A stretch of DNA of 64,000 bases from Vairimorpha necatrix (Eukaryota). The DNA lies in contig CP142730.1 of the NCBI GenBank assembly GCA_036630325.1, forward strand, positions 434,001 to 498,000. Reading direction: 5' to 3'. The notes under the pieces are model-generated. The model saw only the letters and a list, made by a program, of their open reading frames with translations. It did no database searches and was not told where the DNA came from. Below, in pieces: positions 34,676 through 45,481 of the stretch; position 1 is the stretch's first letter; the number at the start of each line of letters is the position of its first letter. The position numbers were made by a program, and so were the translations under genes.

Positions 34676-37600
34676 TGTTGAAGGAGTTAATGTTGAATAA
34701 CTATAAATAGCTATAATATTATTAAATACCCCTTATGTCTACTATTCTCAACAGTTAACAAGCATAAGGGTTTATTTATTAAATAGTATAAAGACACCAA
34801 CATCCCCCTCAAAAGCACCTTATCGGTTAACTTCTCTCACTTTTATTTTCATTTAAGAATTTTTGAAATTTTGTAAGCTGAGCGTGATTACGCTTAACCT
34901 CTTTTCAGTTGTTAAAACATAATAAGAATCACCTTCTAGGATTTCTACAATTTTCCCTACAAATACGTATTTACTATCTGCTTTGGCAAATGATGTATTA
35001 GTAAGAATGTCTTGTGATAGTACATATTCTCCAATCTCAAATTTTTCTCTTTATAACGACTTAAATTCCTTCTCGTATTTTATTCGTTGCGCTTCTTTTT
35101 CTTCTGGCGTAATTCTATTTTCCCACATCTCATTTGAGTACACTTAATACCGCTGTGATAGGTATTATTAAATCGTTTAACTATATCTGGTAAATTTATT
35201 TCCAAATTATAATTGGGAATTTCTAAAAACTTTTTCCTTATAATCTGCCATATATTTCTATTTAGTCTTTCGACTCTTCCGTTGGACTGATTTTTTCCCG
35301 GGCTTGCTATGAACTATAATTGAGTTTTTCTCGCACCACATTGAGAACTCTTTCGAAATGAATTCTCTCCCATTATCTATTATAATTTGTTTCGGAAGTC
35401 CCCATTCTTCAAAGATTTCTTTCATTTTTTTAAACGTTTCCTTGTTCGTTTTGTTCTTTAGATATTTTATATTAACTTTTCATGTGTAAAGATCAATACA
35501 TGTAAGTAGGGTATAGCCTGTTCTAGGAATAAAAGGTCCATGCTAACCTTTTCCAATTTGTAATTTGCTTCCACTAACTTTTCTCCCCCTCGTGTCTTTT
35601 GTTGATTGCATTGACAAGGTTTACAACGTTTTAAGTATTGAGCAATTGATTCTTTTATTTTAGCCCAAAAATATTTTCTCTTTATTGTATAAATCATTGC
35701 ATCTCTTCCACCGTGGGTTGTAAGTTTTTCGTGTGCTTCCTTAAGGAGCGCTGGTCTATCTTCGACGCGCGGAAAGAGCTTTGTTTCTGTGTCGTTTACT
35801 TTATAGTACCACATACCTTTAGAATCGATGAGCACATTTTTTGGCAGTTTTAAGTCATGAGTTTAATCCTCCTTTTCAGAAAATCTACTTAACACATCAG
35901 CCTCAATAATTTCGGTGCCTTTCTTATAATGTATTGTGAAGTCATAACTTTGAAGTTTCTCTCTCATTCGTTCTAATTTCATATTTCCAAATATATATTT
36001 GTTTTAGCGAACGTAAGGGCGGTGTGATCGGTTATTACTTTAAACTTATAGCCTTTTAAATATAATTCATAGTTGTAGTATTCCCCAAGCCATAGCTAGA
36101 AATTCTCTCTCTGTTATTGTATATTTTTTCTCTGCTTCAGACAGCTTTTTGGATGCTTAATCTATAACTATAAGTTCGCCATCTTTTTCTTGTTGATGAC
36201 AAGCTCCTATTCCTGTATTTGAGGCATCTGTTGTTAAGACAAATGGTTTTGTGAAGTCTGCTACATTTATTGCTATGTTAGAATTTATCTTTAGTTTTAT
36301 GTTGCTAAAAGTTTCCTCGCATTCTTTAGTCCATTTTACTTGGTCGTTGTCCATGAGACCTTTAAGTGCATCATATAATGGTTGCGAAATTGTTGCAAGG
36401 TCGCAATATATTTTCTATAGTAATTTGCAAATCCAAGAAATTTTTGTAAGTCTTTTTTGGTTTTGGCGTTTTGAAATCCATTATCTTTCTCTGGTGTTCT
36501 CCTATTGGCCATAAGTTGACCCGTTGATCATAGATCCTAAAAGCTTTACTGTTTTGCTTTTATATTGCATTTTATCTGCGTTAATTTTAAAATTATTATC
36601 TGCGAGCATTTGAAGAACTTCTTAAAAGTTCTGGTCATGTTCTTTTTCTGTTTTTCCATATACTATTATATCGTCCATATATACCATACATTTAGTTTCA
36701 ATGATATCACTTAAAATATTATCCATTATCATTGAAAGATTGCTGGTGAATTTTTGAAGCCTTGAGGCATTCTGGTGTATTTGTACAAATTATTTCTAAA
36801 ATAAAAGGCTGTTTTATGCTTATCTTTAGGGTCAATTTTTATTTGGAAGAAGCCGTCTGATAGATCAAATACTGTAAAAATCTTTTTGCCCTGTGTCATA
36901 TTTTTGATATCATTTATTTTTTGGATCGTGTAATTGTTTTCCTCTACAACTTTGTTTAACCATTGCATATTACAGGTTATTCTATATTCTCCATTCGGTT
37001 TTTTTACTGGGCGCATAGGATTGCGCCATGACGAGGTAGATCTTTCCATATAACCCAAATTTAGAAGTTTTGTTATTGTTTTTTTTGGATACCTTCTATG
37101 TCGTATTGTGGTATGTTTCTTTTTTTTAATATTGATTTTGGCACCTTCTTTTGTATCTATTGTGCACATTATTTTATTATAACCTCCGGATGGTTTATCA
37201 TTAAAGAGTTTACAGAACTTTTTCTTAAGTTCTCCTATTTTATGACTCGATTTTTGGACATTAACTATAGTTGGATTACCAATAAAAAGGGAAATTGATC
37301 AACTGTCCATGATGTAAAAAGTGGTTGTTATCTGTATGTGATTTATTTTCACAGTTAATTCTATGTATTCTGTTAGGGTATTTTCTTGTCCAAAAATGTT
37401 TGTTGCCGTAATCTCTTTCGTCTCTATGTTAAGAAATCCTTTTTCTTCAACAAGCTTCCTACTAATTAAATTTAGATTGCTACCTGTATCTACCACTGCA
37501 TTTATTATATCCCCAGCAAGAAATACTTCCATAGTCTTAACTTCTCCTAGTGGTGTTTGTAGATTGTTAATCAAAAATCTTTCCAGATGCAAATTTTGTT

Positions 37601-38233
37601 CTTCTTTAAGAGGTTGCATATTGGTTCTTATCTGCTCAATGTTCTGAGTTTGAGGTTTCTTATTTTATGATTTTCTCTTTTTAATATTAACAATTCTCTT
37701 CTCCTTAATAGTTCTATCTTGTTCTGATAATCATCGTATACTGATTGGTTAGCAAAGTAGTCTCTAAAAGTTAAGAATCCTTCTAAAGTTAAAAATGTTC
37801 TTGAAATTATTTTTTTAGCAAATTCTTCATCCATACCAGAATCATAAGCAACAGTTATAATTCCATCTAACCATTCCCTCACTTGTTCATTTAGCCTTTG
37901 TCTAGCTTCCAATAAATTCAAAAGAGTTATTTCCTCTGTTATTTTTTTATTCGACCCTTTAATTGTCTCCATGTAACATTTGTAAATTTTTGTTTTTTTT
38001 GATTATTAAAATTTGGGCCTTATTATCAAGAATCCTATGGAAGATTGATATTTTTTCCTTGTCTTGAATAATGTTGTGAGCTTTAAACTGGAGCTCCAAA
38101 TTTTCCATGTCTGCTTTGGCTTTAGCGATTCTGAATGTTAGTCCTTCTATTTTCTGTTCCGTACAGGGCGCCATGTTGAAGGAGTTAACAAGCATAAGGG
38201 GGTTGTTTATTAAATATTATAAAAACACCAACA
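34676..38233 (-). mobile_element. Ty3/gypsy LTR retrotransposon, decayed, with ~60-bp LTRs
   Basis: Domain order gag, protease (VVDTGS), RT (DLSDGFFQI, MPQGFKNSPAIFQ, YMDD), RNase H (TTDAS), integrase (H..H..CKPC). LTRs TGTTG..CAACA at 38174-38233 and 34676-34802. PBS TGGCGCCC abuts 38173 and PPT GAGGGGGA abuts 34803. Confidence 0.95.
34691..34753 (+). mobile_element. 63-bp solo LTR of a related family nested in the gypsy 3' LTR
   Basis: TGTTGA...TCAACA flanked by the 5-bp TSD GTTAA (34686-34690, 34754-34758). Absent from the partner LTR at 38174. Confidence 0.85.
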
Positions 38234-38564
38234 CCATCCATTGTTATATGCATACATTTTATGGTCTAATTAATCCTGTTTATTTTCGTCCATTCGCTGC
38301 TATATTAATTGTGAGAATTTTGATACCAAAGACGTAAAGGCCGATTTTTCATAAAAATCTTTTTCTTTGCGTGCAGGGAATTATAAAAGATTTTTAAAAA
38401 ACATAAACCAAAGATATTTAGTCTCAAAAATATTAGCTATTAATTTCTCTAAAGGTTGATGGATTTGTTTGTCTAGAAAAGAATTCTAAACATTTTATTG
38501 GAAAATCTTAATAAATGTAATACTAAAATTTATATTTTTTTAAAAAAATTTTACAGCCCCATAA

Positions 38565-39425
38565 ATGTTAACAGTCTCAATATTATTCATTTTGAATTTA
38601 CAAAAATCAAAAGCAATTCATGAAAATAATGAAAGTGCTTTAACACAAAAAAGTACGTACGGAACCAATTAATATGAAATAACTGAGTTTTATGAAGTCG
38701 AACTTGACTCTATTAAAAACATGGACTCAAGTATTAAACAATAAATAATCGGGATGATATACGACGTTGTTTTAGAAAAAATGAGGTTTCCTATATTAAT
38801 GCAACATAGCTGGCCAAAAGAATTAGACGAAAATGAATATGAAATTCGGAAAGAAGACATATATTTTAATTTTTTCATGCAACTTAAAAGTCATTCTGGG
38901 GACATTAATTTCCTTTCGTGTACACAATTGGCCGTTAGCACATTATTATTGGCTCTTCACAAAAATATTTCTAAACTATATATTAAATTGTTAAATTTTA
39001 TATTTTTGGGAATAAAAGTTAATGTTAATTGTCAAGGGACAGATCTCCAGTGGTTCTAAGATGGCCCTGGAGACCAGAGAATACCATGCTGTAGGTATTC
39101 TTCTTCTCCTCTCTAATTATGTTTTGGAGGGAAATACTTTATTTTCCCTCCCACAAACATAAAAGAAAATCATACCCATAAGGGTATGAAGAAGTTAAAT
39201 AAACAATTAAGTAAAACTAACTCTTCTCGGACTGCTGGGCAACCAGTAGTCCACATTAATGATGCGAAAAAAATCATTGAAGGATTTGTATAAATAAAAT
39301 GAATGAAGAAAATAATTTATGCATTGAACAAGTTTTTAAAAATGATGTGTATGAAAAACTTGATGAATATATCATAGATAGTAATATTGAAAAAAAATAT
39401 GAATACTCTGAGAAGGAGGATAAAA
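38565..39425 (+). pseudogene. Family A pseudogene, copy 2, disrupted by stops and a solo LTR
   Basis: Homologous to 4981-5630. ORF pieces 38754-39059 and 39299-39547 are separated by the 226-bp insertion. Confidence 0.7.
39030..39255. mobile_element. 226-bp solo LTR
   Basis: TGT...ACA termini with TSD TTAAT (39025-39029, 39256-39260). The empty site is at about 5440 in copy 1. Confidence 0.85.
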
Positions 39426-39430
39426 TATAT

Positions 39431-39540
39431 TGTAGGAAGTGCTACACGTGTCAAATATATAGTGTCATTGTTTTGATATATTTGAAACTTTGTTTAATTA
39501 AATATTTTAGAATAAATAAACCCATGTTTTCATTCCAACA
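39431..39540 (+). mobile_element. 110-bp solo LTR
   Basis: TGTAGGAA...TTCCAACA with TSD TATAT (39426-39430, 39541-39545). The empty site is at about 5612 in copy 1. Confidence 0.85.
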
Positions 39541-40719
39541 TATATAAATATTACTTTTTCTCACAATGTTTAATTATATATTAGATTAATTTACACTGTC
39601 TATAATATAACTTTTTAATGTTTTTGATTAAGCACATCGTTCTGTAAACCAACTTCTTTCATTTCTAAATAATAACATCTTTTCGACAAATTTATTTAAA
39701 AAAAACTTACAAGAGCAATAATAGATTCTTAAAACTTTAGGATTTCATGAAGTTCAAATCCGCCCTTAATTTAATTCAAGAAATTTGAAGTCTCATAAAA
39801 AAAAATGTGTCAATGCTATCAAAAACAGTTATCTTAGCAATTTCAATTTGTAGCATACATGAAAAGGAAGATGTAAAAAATTACCCACGCATTTTTATAA
39901 CAAGTATAGGTATAAAGGCTTAAAAAAACAATATTACCATCAAAACATAGTCTAATTACATAACGACTGAAAAAAAACAAAGTCATTAAAAGACTATTTT
40001 TATTTAAGTGATCTATTTTTTATTGCAAAGTGTATATTAATAATGCAATCCAAAGGTAAGAAATACAATTAGCATCAATTTTTAAAGCGTAAAAAATGAA
40101 TTCAAAATTAGTCATAGATTAAGGATTTCCTAGAGCTAGCTAATAAGTTATATATGCTCCAAAATACATACAAAGTTTTTTAAAATATAATATAATTTAT
40201 CTTATACGCATGTGTTTTATGGTTTGCGTTAATAACATTAATATATTTTATAAACTTTAATCTAATGTCCATTCATTCCTCAAACTTAAATATATTTATA
40301 AAAGAAATATATGCTCGATTTTAATCAATTAGATAATCTTTTTCATATAATGTATTTTCTATTATACATAAAGATGTGTATAACATATTTAATATGTTGC
40401 GCTTGTCATTCATTGGAATAAAATTGTATCCCTGTATATGCCTTTAAAACATGACCAAGAGAAAGCCGTATGAAAGTGTTTTTAGGTAGTTTTATAAAAA
40501 TTTTATATTTAATGTGTCTAGGATATAACGAAAAATCGGCGTATAGGTCTGTGCCTGACTTTATTTCTCTCTTATGGATTTTTATAGAGAAACGAAAAAA
40601 AATAACTTCAAATATTTATCCTAAGAAAACTTTAATAATTTATATAAAAATAAGCTCTACGTAACTCTTGATATTTTAATATATTGCGCACCCTTTCTCC
40701 ATTTAAATTAACAAAAAAA

Positions 40720-41250
40720 AGTCGTAGTTACTTTTTCTTTGATCATTTTTTAGCTATTATATCACATTTAAGATGTGATCAGACTCCTCTATTAAATTTG
40801 CGGCCTCTCCTGCTTCGTTTTTAAAACCAGCATCGTAGATTACAACGCGATGATCATCGTTGATAGATTTTACTACTTTGTGATCTAATTTATGCCCATC
40901 AGTTATGCAAATCGTTTCGTTTTTTATGTTGTTTTTAAAAAACTGAGCCAATATCTGAATAGTCCGGTAGGTATTGTCTCGACTCTCAATTCTAACGTCG
41001 CTCGTCTATTGTACCTACCAACCATGCACAGTTTTTCACTGTGTCATATCTTTCTGAAAATGGTTGAACATATTTCCATTAATTATAACCGTTTTGTCGC
41101 CTATGCCACTTTTTCAACCCTCCTATTATTTTTTTGTGTTTAATTTTTCCTTTTTTGTTGTTTCATATAATTTTTTTATAGCCCTGAAGACACTGGAAGC
41201 TTGCACACAAAATTTTTTATTTAGGTATAGTGTAGACAGCTTTTAAGTGA
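40720..41250 (-). mobile_element. Merlin/IS1595 transposase remnant, copy 2
   Basis: Duplicate of 6790-7320 (ORF 40757-40951, ITDGHK). Confidence 0.7.
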
Positions 41251-42615
41251 ATGAATACGTAATTTACAAATAATTATTGTCAGGCGACGAACCTACGCTG
41301 ACAATAAGAATCCCCAAATGTGATTGATTCTTATTTAATATAAATGTGAAGGATAATATAAGTGACAGGTGAGTAATTAGTATTAAACACGAGCATTTAG
41401 AGAGTTACTTTAATTTTAGCAATTTACACTTTCGGAATAGAACGTCGAAATGGCCTATTCCAAATATTTCCTATTTATTTATTCTCCAGTCCTTACCCTT
41501 GATCATGAAAGCAACTAACAATCCAAATAAATCTATTATTGATACTCCGTCTTCTATTTCGGATCAGACCACGTGTCTGATCACAAATATATATAGGTAT
41601 TCGGGTATTCGTAAGTGCAGTTTTTTTTAAAAAAACTCTCATTTATGTTCCACATATCGTCTTTCCTCTACACTTAAACAATGACAAATTATGTACGAAT
41701 CGTCCGACGTTAATATAATCATACCGGGACAACTAGTAAATTCTATGATTGTATTCAGTTAGGGGACCTTCTTCTTCCCAACATATTGACTCATTTGGGT
41801 CTTGGAAGATTTTTGACCTACTGTCAAGTGGCTCTAGACATAACATAAGGGTAAAAAAAATTTGAAAAAAACATTTAAAAAAATGTATAACTCAAGAAAT
41901 GTTAATCCGAATGATTAAAACAAATCTGTAAAATTTTGATTCTTGTGGATAAAGTTCGAAAAAAAAATTTCATTAATTTGCCGTCTGTGCCCGGATTCAG
42001 TACGTAAAAAAAATATAGAACGTCCAGGCACAGAGCGTTGCGATGAGAAATTTATTAAAATTTTTTTTTGAGAAAAAAAGACCACAAAGGAATTGCCGAA
42101 AACGAATTAGGATTTTACAGCGGGTTGTAAATATACTTTTCTTGCTTTTTTGAATTGTGTAAAATCGTAAATCGGAGGAATGTTCTCTGTAAAATATAAC
42201 CCTAAAGTATAAATTTTACATAACTACTTAATAAATATCAAAAATGTGATTTAGGATTCATAATGATTTTCCGAACCTCGTATAAAATAATCAAATCTTC
42301 CTATGTGTAAACCCATTTAAAAGGCTTTAAATATATAAAAATTTATATATAGCAATATGTTGGCTAATAAAATGGAATGATCTAAACATGAATAAATATT
42401 AATTGTTACGGAATTTTAGTAAAATCAAATGACTGTACATAGATCTACGCAAAAACAAAAGCGAAGAAGACTACTTTTGTGAAATTTGTTATATCTGAAA
42501 AAACTTAAGTACCATAATACTTTTTAAAAATAGATTTAAATCTATTTTTTTTCTTACAATCTACTTGAAAGATATATAATAATGTTTTTTGACCAATTCC
42601 CTAATCATAAAAATA

Positions 42616-43255
42616 GGTATATGGCCGTTTGCAACCCGCTTTGAAATTTTAACGGACCCAACTTTCATAAAAAATGGCAAAATTGGCAAAACAATGTTTG
42701 TTGAGGCAGATGGGCTTTTTAGTGATGAAATGTAATTCTACATGGAAAACAAAGTAAAGTTTATTTTGGATTCATTTGATGCTGAATAGGCGTGCGCCTT
42801 GCTCATTTCTGTAACTAGTAGGAATGCTGCTATTCTCTTGAGGTTATGCAAGATAATGTATAACCTGTTTCTATTGTGATTTCTAGTCAATGGGTAGCAT
42901 ATGAGAACACATTAGGAAAGCAAAGGGATAAAGAACAATACTATTAATCACTCTATCAATGCTGTAAAATTTAGCGATTCCGAAACACAATACCAAATAA
43001 GTTATTTGGCGTTGGCTCGTTTCTAAAAGAAATATTCGATCTATATATGGACTAAACCATGACGAACACTATTAGCACATTTTACAGTTCCTCTGGGCAT
43101 TCAAAATCTCCAAAAAAACAACGGATAAATCGTCCTTTTTCATTATTTAAAATAAGTCGTTAAGTCTTTTTTTATAATTTTTTTTATTTTTCCCTTTTTT
43201 TTATTTTTCAAAGCGGGTTCATTTTCCCAAAGCGGGTTCCAAACGGTCATGTACC
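42616..43255 (+). mobile_element. Non-autonomous Merlin element, copy 2
   Basis: Same TIRs and TAAAAATA TSD at the equivalent site. Confidence 0.88.
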
Positions 43256-44179
43256 TAAAAATAATATCATTAAAGCGATAAAGAAACTTTGAATATGAAA
43301 AAACATTGTGTCGGGGAAGAACAAAATGACAAATTGCCTATGTATTAATAATTACGTTAAGTTTCTTAAAATAAATTAATTTTCTTTTAAATTTTACATT
43401 TCTGGTAAATCCAAGAACACAAAGACCAAATATATAAAATTTGAATGTTTTTGTACAATAAGACATTAAAATACGAAGTTTTTTTTTTGTAAATATTAAA
43501 AAATATTAAACTAGTATTGTCAATATTCGAACTCCGTAAATAGGTGAAACAATCAAATTGAACAAAAAACAAAGAAGGAAAAAGGTAAACTGCAGAGTCT
43601 AGTACAGTTTAAGGGAAATGTCCATTGACAATTTTTATTGGCTCAGGAAATGTAAAGAAGCGGGGCTTATGTCTAATTTGCAGAACAATTATGTTGCGAG
43701 TGCGCTAGCTAAACATAATACTACAAGAATTTTGCTATAAAAGCTATAAGTAATTCTAGAGAAACAGGTTTTTTTATTGACCTAAAAAGTCTTTTGACAA
43801 AGCCCAAGTAAGTCGAAATTTGAATGCCTATCTTGGAAAATATGCATTCAAGAGTGGAAGAGAGCATAGAGAATACAAAGAAGATAAGATAGATGACTTC
43901 GGCTAACAATAATATATTTTGATGATATTTGAAGAATATATAAGGACGAAAATTTCCCAGTATGGTACCTTATGGGATTATATATGTAGAAATTAAAGGC
44001 GTCGAAATCGATTACTTATTTTGGCGCTACTTAAATTCAAAAGTACATGGGATAAAAAAAATAAAACAATTATTCTAACAATAGTATTTTGATAAAAGTC
44101 TCTGCATAAGTTTCAGTATTTCTTTTTTAAATTTCTAGATATAAATTGGAACTCGTATATATTAACCTACATACTTATC

Positions 44180-44950
44180 TTCATGATTTCTCTTCTTGTT
44201 CTCAATTAGGTCTTAAATGACTTCAAAGATTGTCTGTTTAGTTAATATGTTGTTCATGCTGATTAGTGAAGCCAATACTATAAATAACAACTTCATGAAA
44301 AAATCCGAAGTCGCGAACAGCAGAACGTAAGAAGCAAAAACATCAGCTCCCATTGTAATTCCTGCAATTATATTATTCCTATAAATCTTTTATTATGGGA
44401 GCAGTCCTATTAGAAACAATTTTAATAATCAGTTGTTGCTATCATTTTTTTTCACCTTAAACCAGACAAATTGCTTTATGTATATCTTCTTCTTATGTAT
44501 AATTCGTAATTATACGGCCCTTACATATTGCAATGTCGTCGACCTGAATAGTTTTTCCTATTCCCCTATTTTTACAAAAAATGTATTTTTCATTTTTTTT
44601 GAGAAAAAGCCCTTAAAAATGTGGTATAACTCGGAGGCCTCACATGTTGCCGATGCCATTGAGTCATTCATTTCGATCCAGCATTACAAGATTATCAGTT
44701 GTATGTATGCGGGCATCCAGGACCTTGCAGTATAGCGATATTTTAGGCTTTTCGTTTTTTGCACCCATTTGTACAGTAAGAGAGATTACTCCAAGTTGAT
44801 TTTAAAATTTATTTGGTTCATAAAACAACTACAGTCATATTTTATAAGATTTCTATATAGTTTAAGCCTATACGTATTCTTGGCTGCTTTTCTTCAACAA
44901 ATATTGTGCTTAGAGATTTCGACTTGCATTGGGGTGTAAAAAATTAACAT
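44180..44950 (-). mobile_element. Merlin/IS1595 transposase pseudogene, copy 2
   Basis: Duplicate of 10260-11030. Confidence 0.7.
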
Positions 44951-45481
44951 GTACAAAATCGCATTCCTTAAATTCACAATCATTCAGTATTTAGAATTTT
45001 TTGTACAATGTTTACAATACATGCCCGCGATTTTTTTCTTTTTAAGCCCTGTGATTTTAGTATTAATGAGCGCCCTAATTTATATATTAGTCATAATTTT
45101 AAAAATTTCTCTAATCACATTAGGAACTTCTATAGGTCTTTAGCGTGCGGGATGCTCCATGCAATTTTTTGAGGAGGTTACAATGAATGCATCATTTATA
45201 ACTACTCTTTTATCAATTCATAACTATGTCCAAAACATTTTGTAGATACAATATTGTTGTAAAAGATTCTCTTAGTATATGCCTCCCTTATTTCTACGAC
45301 ATACATAGGATACACTTGAGAAGATGAACACATAAAAAGTAATTCGTTTAATCGGCGTGTTTAATAGTGAAAAATATAAATTATTCATAATATAAAACGA
45401 TAGATAATTGTAGAGCCACTAAATGATTATTAGACAAAAACAAACTTATAAAACCATCGATGTAAGTATAAATGCAAACTT

